Below are positions 20,661 through 29,297 of a stretch of DNA of 64,000 bases, one piece after another (position 1 is the first letter of the stretch; every line of letters begins with the position of its first letter). The notes beneath the pieces were generated by a model, which was not told where the DNA came from, did not search any database, and was given only the letters and a program-made list of their open reading frames with translations. This DNA is from Candidatus Enteromonas sp. (GTDB taxonomy: Bacteria; Bacillota_I; Bacilli_A; RFN20; CAG-826), in the NCBI GenBank assembly GCA_050872145.1, contig JBNMGG010000006.1:2898-66897 (forward strand), in the 5' to 3' direction. Made by a program: the position numbers and the translations under genes.

Positions 20661-20778
20661 TTTTTCGACAGCTTGCCAGCGTTTTCTCTCCGTTGGAGGT
20701 TCCGCAAGAGGCTTGGAAGTGTTACTATTCCTCCGCTAGGGCTTTTATAAAGCCCTCAATTGTCTTTAGGAGGACAAC

Positions 20779-23433
20779 ATGGCAGAAAAGAAGTACGTCT
20801 ACTCCTTCAAGGAAGCCCACGAGCACCACTTGGGCAAAGATATCCTTGGCGGAAAAGGCTTCGGACTTGCTGAAATGACTGCCGCCGGGGTTAACATCCC
20901 CGCCGGTTTCACCATTTCCACCGAAGCTTGCACCCTTTACTACGAGTCCGGGAAGCAAATCCCCGATTTCGTGTGGGAAGACATCGTGAAGCACGTTCAC
21001 GAAATCGAGAAGATCGACAACAAAGCCTTCGGCGGCGGAGTCGGCATCCCTCTCTTGGTTTCCGTCCGTTCTGGTGCCCGTCAGTCCATGCCGGGCATGA
21101 TGGACACCATCCTCAACCTCGGTCTTAACGACAAGACCGTCGATGAGCTCGCGAAAGCCGCCAACAACGAGCGCTTCGCTTGGGACTCCTATCGCCGTTT
21201 CATCTTGATGTTCACCAACATCGCCAAAGGCCATCCGCGCACCAAGATGGACGCGATGCTCGACAAGATTAAAGCCGACAACGGCTACAAGCTCGACACC
21301 GAAGTCACCACCGAGCAGCTCAAAGATTTGGTCAAAGCCTACAAGGCCTACTACAAAGACGTCTTCCACGAAGACTTCCCGACCGATCCCTATGTCCAAC
21401 TCAAAGAAGCGGTTGCCGCCGTTTTCCGCAGCTGGGACAACCCCCGCGCCAACGTCTATCGTCAGATGAACGGTATCCCCTATGAATGGGGCACCGCCGT
21501 CAACGTTCAGACCATGGTCTTCGGGAACATGGGCGAAGACTCCGGCACCGGCGTCGCTTTCTCCCGTGACCCGGGCACCGGCGAAAAGAAGATCTACGCC
21601 GAATTCCTTCCGAACGCCCAGGGCGAAGACGTCGTCGCTGGCGTCCGCACCCCGCTCCACATCGAAGAGCTTCAAAAGAGGATGCCGGAAGTCTACGAAG
21701 AGTTCCTTGCGACCATCAAGCGCATGGAAAACTACTTCCACGATATGCAGGATATGGAGTACACCGTCGAAAAAGGCAAACTCTACTTCCTCCAGGCCCG
21801 CAACGGCAAACGCACCGCTCGCGCCGCTTTGAAGATCGCCTGCGACCTCGTTGACGAAGGCTTGATCGACGAGAAGGAAGCTGTCCTCCGCGTCGAGCCG
21901 AAGCAGCTCAACGACTTGCTCCACCCGACCTTCGACACCGCTGACCTCAAGGCCCATGACCCCGTCATCAAAGGCCTCCCCGCTTCCCCGGGTGCCGGCA
22001 CTGGCGCCATCGTCTTTGACGCTGATGAGTGCAAAGAATGGCACGACGCTGGCAAGAAAGTCATCCTCGTCCGCGCCGAAACCTCCCCTGAGGACATCAT
22101 CGGCATGGTCAACTCCGAGGCCATCCTCACCGCTCGTGGCGGCATGACCTCCCACGCCGCGGTCGTCGCCCGCTCCATGGGCAAGTGCTGCGTCGCCGGC
22201 GCCACCGAAATCGTCGTCAACGAAGAAGCCAAGACCCTCACCGTCGGTGACAAGGTCTACCACGAAGGCGACATCCTCTCCGTCAACGGATCCACTGGTC
22301 TCGTTTACGAAGGCGCCATCAAGATGGTTCCCGCCGACCTCGGCGGAGACTTCGGCCGCCTCATGGGCTGGGCCGACAAATATCGCCGCCTCAAAGTTCG
22401 CGTCAACGCCAACACCGTCGCCGACGCCAACAACGGCAACCGCTTCGGCGCCGAGGGCATTGGCCTTTGCCGCACCGAGCGTATGTTCTTCGCTCCGGAG
22501 CGCATCCTCCACATGCGTGAGATGATCCTCTCCGACACGACCGAACAACGCGAAGCCGCCTTGGAAAAGATCCGTCCTTTCCTTGCCGATGACTTCCGTC
22601 AGATGTACGAGGCCAACCCTGACACCAACGTCAACATCCGCCTCCTCGACCCCCCGCTACACGAATTCCTCCCCGAAATCCACGATACCAAGACCATCGC
22701 GGAAATCGCTGAGCAACTCGGCGTCAGCGAGCAAAAGGTTCGCGATCGCATCAACCAGCTCCACCAGGCCAACCCGATGATGGGCTTCCGTGGCGTCCGT
22801 CTCTGCGTCGCCTATCCGGAAATCTACGCCGTTTTGGCTCGCGCCATCATCCAGGCTGCCATCGCCGCTTCCGAGAAAGTCGGCAAAGCGATCGAGCCCG
22901 AGATCATGATCCCGCTCTGCGGCGAACTCAAAGAGTATCGCTGGGCCAAAGAAGTCGTCGTCAAGACCGTTGAAGACGAAATGGCCAAAGAAGGGAAGAA
23001 GCTCGTCTACCACGTCGGTATGATGATCGAAATCCCGCGGGCCTGCATCCGCGCCGGCGAACTCGCCAAAGAAGCGGAGTTCTTCTCCTTCGGGACCAAC
23101 GACCTCACCCAGCTCACCATGGGCTTCTCCCGTGATGACTCCGGCCAGTTCCTCCCCTACTACTACGATCGCAAGATTTACGAATTCGATCCGTTCCAGA
23201 CCGTCGATATCGATGGCGTCGGCGAACTCGTGAAGATGGCCGTTGAGCGTGGACGCGCCAACAATAAGAACCTTCTTATCGGCGTCTGCGGTGAGACCGG
23301 TGGCGATCCAGCTTCCATCATGTTCTACAACGAAGTCGGGCTTGACTATGTCTCCTGCTCTCCGTTCCGCGTGCCTCTGGCCCGCTTGGCTGCTGCCCAA
23401 GCCGCGATCCTCCACGACCGCAAAGCGAAGTAA
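20779..23433 (+). CDS. ppdK: pyruvate, phosphate dikinase
   Basis: 884 aa. Phosphohistidine motif TARGGMTSHAAVVAR and a PEP-utilising C-terminal barrel. AGGAGG Shine-Dalgarno. Confidence 0.97.
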   Translation: MAEKKYVYSFKEAHEHHLGKDILGGKGFGLAEMTAAGVNIPAGFTISTEACTLYYESGKQIPDFVWEDIVKHVHEIEKIDNKAFGGGVGIPLLVSVRSGARQSMPGMMDTILNLGLNDKTVDELAKAANNERFAWDSYRRFILMFTNIAKGHPRTKMDAMLDKIKADNGYKLDTEVTTEQLKDLVKAYKAYYKDVFHEDFPTDPYVQLKEAVAAVFRSWDNPRANVYRQMNGIPYEWGTAVNVQTMVFGNMGEDSGTGVAFSRDPGTGEKKIYAEFLPNAQGEDVVAGVRTPLHIEELQKRMPEVYEEFLATIKRMENYFHDMQDMEYTVEKGKLYFLQARNGKRTARAALKIACDLVDEGLIDEKEAVLRVEPKQLNDLLHPTFDTADLKAHDPVIKGLPASPGAGTGAIVFDADECKEWHDAGKKVILVRAETSPEDIIGMVNSEAILTARGGMTSHAAVVARSMGKCCVAGATEIVVNEEAKTLTVGDKVYHEGDILSVNGSTGLVYEGAIKMVPADLGGDFGRLMGWADKYRRLKVRVNANTVADANNGNRFGAEGIGLCRTERMFFAPERILHMREMILSDTTEQREAALEKIRPFLADDFRQMYEANPDTNVNIRLLDPPLHEFLPEIHDTKTIAEIAEQLGVSEQKVRDRINQLHQANPMMGFRGVRLCVAYPEIYAVLARAIIQAAIAASEKVGKAIEPEIMIPLCGELKEYRWAKEVVVKTVEDEMAKEGKKLVYHVGMMIEIPRACIRAGELAKEAEFFSFGTNDLTQLTMGFSRDDSGQFLPYYYDRKIYEFDPFQTVDIDGVGELVKMAVERGRANNKNLLIGVCGETGGDPASIMFYNEVGLDYVSCSPFRVPLARLAAAQAAILHDRKAK

Positions 23434-23452
23434 TTCGCCAAAAAAGCAACAA

Positions 23453-23490
23453 AGCACGTTTCTTCCGAAAGGGAGAAAACGTGCTTTTTT
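23453..23490 (+). terminator. Rho-independent terminator of ppdK
   Basis: AGCACGTTTCTTCC-gaaa-GGGAGAAAACGTGCT followed by TTTTTT. Confidence 0.8.
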
Positions 23491-23575
23491 ATAATTTTCG
23501 AAATTTTTAAGAGGAAAATTTCAAAAATCTAAGATTTTCTAAAGCACAGAAAAGAGCCTAAATCGAAAAAAGGGC

Positions 23576-24346
23576 TTATTTGCCCTTTCTATCTTTGGCT
23601 TTTTGCATCAGCAAATCGCCGTACCCCGCTTTGTTGGTTTGCCTCTCCCGAGCGATGGCCATCGCGTGAGCCGGAACGTTTTGGGAAATTGTTGATCCGG
23701 CAGCGATGAAGGCGTTGTCCCCAATTTCCACCGGGCTGACGATGGTCGTTCCCGATCCGATGAAGGCTCGATTCCCAATGGAAGAATGATGCTTTGAGAA
23801 ACCATCGTAATTCGCCGTGATGGTCCCGGCCCCAATGTTGACGTCTTCGCCTAAATCGGCATCGCCCAGATAGGATAAGTGAGCCATTCGGCTCTCTTTT
23901 CCCATTTTCGCGTTTTTGATCTCGTTGAAGTTTCCGATTTTGACCCCATCTTCGATTTTCGCCCCGCCGCGGCCCCGGAAATAGGGGCCCAAATGGGTTT
24001 CGTTGCCAATCTCGGTATCCACGATGTGGGAAAATTGAATCTCGTTCCCATTTCCGATGCGGACGTTTTCCAAATAACAGTTCGGGCCAATGAGGTTGTC
24101 TTTCCCAATGAAGGTTTTCCCATAAATATGGGTATTCGGATAAACAACCGTCCCTTCGCCGATTTTGACTTCGGGACCGATGTAGGTGGCCTCTGGATCC
24201 AAAAGAAAGACGCCTTGCTTCAAGAAAGCCGCGTTGATTTTCTTTTGCTGCTTTTTCCAAAAAGAAGCGATTTTTGCCGGCGAAAACTCCTCAATCCCGT
24301 AATACGAGAGAGGTTCGCCCAATATTTTGATGGAATCTTCCTTCAT
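23576..24346 (-). CDS. GlmU-like left-handed beta-helix acetyltransferase domain only (no uridyltransferase domain)
   Basis: 256 aa. Aligns by eye to the linker helix plus hexapeptide-repeat C-terminal half of GlmU (LLDPEATYIGPEVKIGEGTVVYPNT...NIGAGTITANYDG...AIARERQ). The ATG directly abuts the ispE stop (TGA then ATG). Confidence 0.7.
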   Translation of the reverse strand: MKEDSIKILGEPLSYYGIEEFSPAKIASFWKKQQKKINAAFLKQGVFLLDPEATYIGPEVKIGEGTVVYPNTHIYGKTFIGKDNLIGPNCYLENVRIGNGNEIQFSHIVDTEIGNETHLGPYFRGRGGAKIEDGVKIGNFNEIKNAKMGKESRMAHLSYLGDADLGEDVNIGAGTITANYDGFSKHHSSIGNRAFIGSGTTIVSPVEIGDNAFIAAGSTISQNVPAHAMAIARERQTNKAGYGDLLMQKAKDRKGK

Positions 24347-25195
24347 TCAACGAAGCACCTTGGTTAAGCGCACGACGTATCCCATTTTATCGAATTTGTG
24401 GAAAGCTTCTTTGCAAAGGGAGACCGAAGAAGAAATCGCAAAGCAGCTGGAACCGGATCCCGACATCGAAACGACGGGGAATCCCTCTTTTTTCAGCATC
24501 GCATAGACTTCCCCAATTTCCGGGAGCAAGGATTCGGCGGGGGCCATCAAATCGTTCCCGATGCCCCTTTCGATTTTATTGAGGTCGCGTTCTTCTAACC
24601 CTTGCAGGACCAAATCCGTATCCGCGTTCGTGCGGGGGAATTTGTCGCAGACGGAATAGACGTCTTTCGTAGAAAGGCCCGCTTTCGGCTTCACGATGAG
24701 AACGGGCCAGCTTTCCTTCGCCTCGATGGGCGACATGATTTCCCCAATCCCGGAAACGCGCATCGGGCGGTTGAGCATGAAGAAAGGAACGTCCGCGCCG
24801 ATCTGCAGCCCCAAAGAAGCAAGTTCTTCTTCGCTTGCTCCGAGGCGGAGAAGCTTATTGAGAGCCAGCATGACGGTCGCCGCATTGCTGCTTCCGCCCC
24901 CAAGGCCCGCGGCGAAGGGGATTTCCTTATGGATTTTGATCATGAAGTTTTGGCGGAACCTATAATGCTCCTTCATGATGTTGAAAGCCTTTTGGCAAAG
25001 GTTGTGCTTAAGCCCGGAAAGCCCAGGATCATCGCAGACGATGTAGGTTTCCTGATAATCCGGAAGTGGGGAAAACTCCAAAATATCGTGCAGGGCCAAG
25101 GGGAGGTTCACCATATCCAAAAGATGGTAGCCATCCTCCCGAACGCCGGTGATTTTCAAACTCAAATTGATTTTTGCGTAGGATTTGCAAATCAT
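24347..25195 (-). CDS. ispE: 4-diphosphocytidyl-2-C-methyl-D-erythritol kinase
   Basis: 282 aa. KINLSLKI start and GHMP motif PFAAGLGGGSSNAA. Confidence 0.9.
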   Translation of the reverse strand: MICKSYAKINLSLKITGVREDGYHLLDMVNLPLALHDILEFSPLPDYQETYIVCDDPGLSGLKHNLCQKAFNIMKEHYRFRQNFMIKIHKEIPFAAGLGGGSSNAATVMLALNKLLRLGASEEELASLGLQIGADVPFFMLNRPMRVSGIGEIMSPIEAKESWPVLIVKPKAGLSTKDVYSVCDKFPRTNADTDLVLQGLEERDLNKIERGIGNDLMAPAESLLPEIGEVYAMLKKEGFPVVSMSGSGSSCFAISSSVSLCKEAFHKFDKMGYVVRLTKVLR

Positions 25196-25995
25196 AAGCT
25201 CGCTTTCGCTAAAGCAGCGTACTCCTCAGGGGTTAATTGTTCTGGGCGCTTATTTCCGTCCACGCCGCAGCCAAGGAAAATCTTAACGGCTTTCTCTTGG
25301 TCTTTCACCACCGACTTCAAATTATTCGCGACCGTCTTCCTTCTCTGCAAAAACATCGCGGAGCAAAAACGGTAGATTTTAGCGAGCTCTTGAAGGTCGC
25401 GGTTGGGAAAGAAAGAAAAGGAAAGAACAGTGGAATCCACATGGGGCGCGGGCGCGAAGCTCGTCCGGAGGACCTTGAATTCGCGCTTCAAAGTCCCAGA
25501 AAGACCCAGCAAGACATTCAAGGGGCCATATTCCTTGCTTCCAACCGGCCCCAGCAGGCGATCCGCGGCTTCTTTCTGGACCATGATCACCAATTTCTGG
25601 GCATTTTCCGCACCCAAGAGGATTTTCTCCAAAATCCCGGAGGTGATGTAATAAGGAAGATTGCCCACGATTTTGGTATAGGGGGAATAATCCCATTTCA
25701 TCGCATTCCCGTGAACAATGGACAAAGGGCCTTCCGGGAAATCACCCTGGAGTTTGGCAAGCAGCCCTTCATCAATGTCGATGGCCTCGCCCTTCGCGCC
25801 GCTTTTCTCCAAAAAGTACGTCAAAGAACCCGCTCCGCATCCGATTTCCAGGACGCGATCGCTTCCTTGCAGCTCAAGGACATTGACGATCCGCTCCGCG
25901 ACGGAGGAATCGATGAGGAAGTTCTGCCCCACTTCCTTTTTGGCGAGCAGCTTATAGGATTTGATTTCCGAGAAATACGCTTCTTCCGTCTTCAT
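25192..25995 (-). CDS. rsmA: 16S rRNA (adenine1518/1519-N6)-dimethyltransferase
   Basis: GQNFLID, VLEIGCGAGSLT and GNLPYYITS. Start set at the internal MKTEEAYF, which makes an ATGA overlap with rnmV. Confidence 0.92.
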   Translation of the reverse strand: MKTEEAYFSEIKSYKLLAKKEVGQNFLIDSSVAERIVNVLELQGSDRVLEIGCGAGSLTYFLEKSGAKGEAIDIDEGLLAKLQGDFPEGPLSIVHGNAMKWDYSPYTKIVGNLPYYITSGILEKILLGAENAQKLVIMVQKEAADRLLGPVGSKEYGPLNVLLGLSGTLKREFKVLRTSFAPAPHVDSTVLSFSFFPNRDLQELAKIYRFCSAMFLQRRKTVANNLKSVVKDQEKAVKIFLGCGVDGNKRPEQLTPEEYAALAKASL

Positions 25996-26528
25996 GATAG
26001 AACCCTTTCGATGTCTTCTTTGCTCAAATTCAGCGCGTTGGCCCGCTTGAGGAACGTTTTCGCATTCCCATGGCCCAAATGCAGTTCCTCCTCCGCTCTT
26101 TTTCGTTTTTCCTCCGCTCCCGGGCATCCCGACAAGCCAAGCTCAATCAAATCGAGATTGGTGAGATTTCCCCGCATCGGAGATGCGGCGGGCACAAGGT
26201 GGGACAGAGCCAGAAGCACCTCGTCTTTGCTCGACTCGGCGACCCCGACCTTGTGATGCTTGATGGATTTCTCCTTGCGGACGAAGGCGTGCTGCACATT
26301 AGGGACTTCTTGGGCGATGAGGTCCCGAATCCGCTTCCCCGGGGAGTCAGGATCGGTCAAAACGACAATGGATCGGGTTTTGGAGGCCTGCTTCAAAAAA
26401 TCAATTGTTTCACGTGAAACCTCTGAACCATTCGTCGTTACGATGTCCGCATCCAAGAAGGAACGCAATAAAGCCTCATCCGAGGCCCCTTCGACCACCA
26501 ATATGGAAGGATAAGGGATCTTGCTCAT
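25992..26528 (-). CDS. rnmV: ribonuclease M5 (Toprim)
   Basis: ILVVEGASDEALL...VLTDPDSPGKRIR. Start set at the internal MSKIPYP, which makes an ATGA overlap with tatD. Confidence 0.88.
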   Translation of the reverse strand: MSKIPYPSILVVEGASDEALLRSFLDADIVTTNGSEVSRETIDFLKQASKTRSIVVLTDPDSPGKRIRDLIAQEVPNVQHAFVRKEKSIKHHKVGVAESSKDEVLLALSHLVPAASPMRGNLTNLDLIELGLSGCPGAEEKRKRAEEELHLGHGNAKTFLKRANALNLSKEDIERVLS

Positions 26529-27304
26529 AGTTTCACGCGGAACAGCGTTTCGAAATTCGCCCTGAGTTTTTCCGCGACTTCCTCCATTTCTTCGCCTCTG
26601 AGCTCCGCCATCTGCTTCACGATGAGGGGTATGTTTTTCGGGGAGTTTTCCTTTCCCCTGAAGGGGACGGGGGACAAATAAGGGGAATCCGTCTCCACCA
26701 AAAGGCGGTCGCTCCGGCATTCCTGCACGCAACGCTTCGGCTCAATCGCGTTTTTGAAGGTGATTGGGCCATCGAAGCCGAAATAATAACCGAGTTTTTC
26801 TAGCTCCCTCATGCTTTCCACCGAGCCGGAATAGCAATGAAGAACGCCTTTCCTCTTCACTGGGTGCTCTTTTAAGATCGCCAAGGTATCCCCGATGGCT
26901 TCCCGCGCATGAATCGAGACGGGCAAATCCAGCCGGTTCGCCAATTCGATTTGCTTGATGAACCACTCTTTTTGCTTTGCTCGGTGAGCTTCTTCTTTGT
27001 ACCAATGGTAGTCCAGTCCGATTTCGCCGATCGCGAGGACTTTCTCGTCTTGGGCCAATGCCTCAAAACGGGCAAGATCCTCTTCCTTCGCGTTTTCCAG
27101 ATTTTCGGGCTGATAGCCAATCGCGGCGTAGCATTCGGGGAACTCGTGGGCGATCTCCACCGCTTTTTCGCTGGAAGGGAGGTCATATCCGATGACCAAA
27201 AGGGTCTTCACCCCGCTTTCGATCGCCTCTTGGACAATCTCCGCCCTTCTCGGGTAAAGGAGATCGTCGTTTAAATGGCAATGAGAATCGTAAAAAATGG
27301 CCAT
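26525..27304 (-). CDS. tatD: TatD family deoxyribonuclease
   Basis: 259 aa. YDSHCHLND start, plus SIHAREA and ETDSPYL motifs. Confidence 0.92.
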   Translation of the reverse strand: MAIFYDSHCHLNDDLLYPRRAEIVQEAIESGVKTLLVIGYDLPSSEKAVEIAHEFPECYAAIGYQPENLENAKEEDLARFEALAQDEKVLAIGEIGLDYHWYKEEAHRAKQKEWFIKQIELANRLDLPVSIHAREAIGDTLAILKEHPVKRKGVLHCYSGSVESMRELEKLGYYFGFDGPITFKNAIEPKRCVQECRSDRLLVETDSPYLSPVPFRGKENSPKNIPLIVKQMAELRGEEMEEVAEKLRANFETLFRVKL

Positions 27305-27305
27305 G

Positions 27306-28634
27306 TTATTTCCCCACGCAGAAGCGGGAGAAGATCTCCTCGCTCAAATCCTGAGTCGGCTCCTCGCCCAAAAGGCGGCGGGAGAGGTTATAGGCTTCTT
27401 GAAGGGGGACGGAAAGCAAGTCGCTCATCAGCCCCTGCTTGGCCCCTTCTTGAACTTCCTGAAGCTTCGCGTCGATTTGGCGGAGCAACCCCAATTCCCT
27501 CGCGTTGCTGAAAGAGGGGCTGACGAAGGAAGAGGGAGACAAAGACAGGGAAGCGAAAATCGCTTCTTTCAAGGGTTCGATTTCCTTCTTCGCGGCGCAG
27601 ACATAAAGCCGATCCTTATCCTTATTATTAATAAGATCGGATTTGTTGTAGCAAACGATGGTCCTCTTCCCTTTCGCCTCGTTCAGGATTTCCCTTTCGC
27701 TTTCGCCGATCCCCTTTGAGGCGTCCACGATCAAAACAACGAGGTCGGCCTCTTCGATCGCTTTCTTGGAACGTTCCACGCCGAGGCCTTCGATTTGATC
27801 CTTCGTCTGACGGATTCCGGCCGTGTCCAAAATGCGGACGGGAACCCCGTGGAGGGAGATTTCCCCTTCCACCACGTCCCGGGTCGTCCCAGGGATTGGG
27901 GAAACAATCGCCTTTTCCTGTTCCAGCAAAGCATTGAGGATGCTGGATTTTCCCGCGTTGGGGGCTCCGACCAAGGCGATGGAGATCCCTTCGCGGATGA
28001 TTTTTCCTTCTTCCCCGCGCTCAATCAGCGAGGAAAGTTCTTCCCGGAGTTCGGTGGCTTTCTCTTCGATTGTTTTGTCGTTGGCTTCTTCTAGATCCGT
28101 GTATTCGGGATAATCAATATTTACTTCCAGCAAAGCGAGCAAAGAAGCGATTTTCTCTTTCAGGGGGGCGACCATCTTGCTCGTGCTCCCGCTTAGGGAA
28201 AGCAAAGCCAGGTTTTTTCCTTCTTGGGTAGTCGCGTTGATCAAATCATTCACCGCCTCGGCTTCGATCAAATCCATTTTCCCATTGTAGAAAGCCCGGG
28301 CGGTGAATTCCCCGCGGGTCGCGTAGGTCGCTCCGCGGGAAAGGAAGGCCCGGACGATTTCGTCCACGATCAGCATCGACCCGTGGCAGCAGATTTCCAG
28401 CATGTCCTCCCCCGTGACCGAACGGGGGTTGGGATAAACCAAAAGAACGACTTGATCGATTTTCTTCCCTTCGTCGCTTAAATAACCCACGAGGATTTGC
28501 CTTTCTTTGATCCCGCTGACGTGCTTGGAGAAGAGCTCATCCGCGATTGAAAAGACGCCATCCCCGGAGACCCGGAGCAAGGCTAAGGCGGAATTTAGAG
28601 GCGGAGTCGCCAAGGCGATGATGGGCTTGTTCAT
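27306..28634 (-). CDS. mnmE: tRNA modification GTPase
   Basis: 442 aa. G domain GAPNAGKSS / DTAGIR / NKSD. C-terminal FCVGK. Confidence 0.95.
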   Translation of the reverse strand: MNKPIIALATPPLNSALALLRVSGDGVFSIADELFSKHVSGIKERQILVGYLSDEGKKIDQVVLLVYPNPRSVTGEDMLEICCHGSMLIVDEIVRAFLSRGATYATRGEFTARAFYNGKMDLIEAEAVNDLINATTQEGKNLALLSLSGSTSKMVAPLKEKIASLLALLEVNIDYPEYTDLEEANDKTIEEKATELREELSSLIERGEEGKIIREGISIALVGAPNAGKSSILNALLEQEKAIVSPIPGTTRDVVEGEISLHGVPVRILDTAGIRQTKDQIEGLGVERSKKAIEEADLVVLIVDASKGIGESEREILNEAKGKRTIVCYNKSDLINNKDKDRLYVCAAKKEIEPLKEAIFASLSLSPSSFVSPSFSNARELGLLRQIDAKLQEVQEGAKQGLMSDLLSVPLQEAYNLSRRLLGEEPTQDLSEEIFSRFCVGK

Positions 28635-28670
28635 GTCAAAAACATTATACCTGCTTTCTTCTTATAGAAG

Positions 28671-28692
28671 AAAAGGCGCCGCGAGGCGCCTT
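28671..28692 (-). terminator. Rho-independent terminator after jag
   Basis: The minus strand reads AAGGCGCC-tcgc-GGCGCCTT followed by TT. A TATAAT (complement 28644-28649) for mnmE follows. Confidence 0.65.
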
Positions 28693-28697
28693 AGCGA

Positions 28698-29297
28698 TTA
28701 ATCGACGTAGCGGATCCAGATGGCGCGGTCGTCGCCTTCGCCGGTGGATTCGGTTTTGATGTGTTCCATCGTGGAGAGGGCGTTGTGGACGACCCTTCTC
28801 TCATCCGGGGTCATCGGATCGAGCTGCACGTCCTGGTGGGAGGCAAGCACGTCTTTGGCGGCGCGCTTGGCGATGCGGGTGACGCGGTCGTATTTGTCTT
28901 CTTTATATCCCCCGACGTCCAGAAGGACGCGATAGCGATGGCGGAATTTGTTGCTGACGGCGAGCTTGGTGAGCTCGTTCAGGCATTGAAGGGTTCTGCC
29001 GCCCCTGCCAATGAGGATCGAATTCCTTTCGGAGTTGATGGTGATCTTGATGATCTCGTCCTCGATCTTCCCTTCGGTGGTGATCTCAACGCCCAAGGCC
29101 TTCAAAGCATTTTGGAGGTATTCCTGAGCATAGGCGACGGCGTCTTCTTCCAAGTAAACCGCGATGGTCGCGCTCTTCTTGAAGAGGCCTTTCTTCTCCT
29201 CGGTGACCTTGTAAATCAATTTGGCGGGTTCAACGTGGAGCTCCTCGGAGGCTTGCTGAAGGGCGTCCTCCACGGTTTTAGCGGTGAATTCTTTCAT
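28698..29297 (-). CDS. jag: Jag/KhpB RNA-binding protein (Jag_N, KH, R3H)
   Basis: 199 aa. KH-like IGRGGRTLQCL and R3H LDPMTPDERRVVHNAL. Conserved position after yidC. Confidence 0.9.
   Translation of the reverse strand: MKEFTAKTVEDALQQASEELHVEPAKLIYKVTEEKKGLFKKSATIAVYLEEDAVAYAQEYLQNALKALGVEITTEGKIEDEIIKITINSERNSILIGRGGRTLQCLNELTKLAVSNKFRHRYRVLLDVGGYKEDKYDRVTRIAKRAAKDVLASHQDVQLDPMTPDERRVVHNALSTMEHIKTESTGEGDDRAIWIRYVD

Noticed and set aside
20725-22548. 607-aa minus-strand ORF, plus similar long ORFs at 947..2668, 6984..7889, 7953..8954, 10819..12534, 29339..31009, 33354..34547, 35872..37161, 41799..43031, 44958..45836, 48494..49228, 53578..54480 and 54975..55715
   Set aside because: Each is antisense to a confidently identified gene (ppdK, the ABC exporter, ftsH, mfd, yidC, dnaN, gyrB, serS, the ABC/FtsX fusion, the membrane protein, metG, rlmD). 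Each has a repetitive G/D/E/R-rich composition. These are high-GC shadow ORFs.
23589-24260. 223-aa same-strand alternative-frame ORF (and 23851..24147) inside the GlmU-like gene
   Set aside because: Arg/Gly/Trp-rich frame-shifted reading of the hexapeptide-repeat gene. The hexapeptide frame gives a clean left-handed beta-helix repeat pattern.
23576-24346. Truncated GlmU as a pseudogene
   Set aside because: The frame is intact over the whole acetyltransferase domain, the start codon is coupled to the ispE stop, and there is no residual sequence of an N-domain. It looks like a functional single-domain gene.
25996-26127. N-terminal extensions of track ORFs (25996..26127 rsmA, 26529..26732 rnmV, 52420..52515 tldD, 17451..17540 FGGY kinase, 17649..17717 hddA, 19756..20004 gmhA, 34648..34731 yaaA, 34701..34949 recF, 35968..36021 gyrB, 53182..53247 rpmE, 53572..53598 metG, 10529..10636 yabO)
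   Set aside because: The extensions overlap the upstream gene or an intergenic signal and are basic and low in complexity. Internal starts restore the family-typical N-termini, usually with a Shine-Dalgarno or an ATGA-type coupling.
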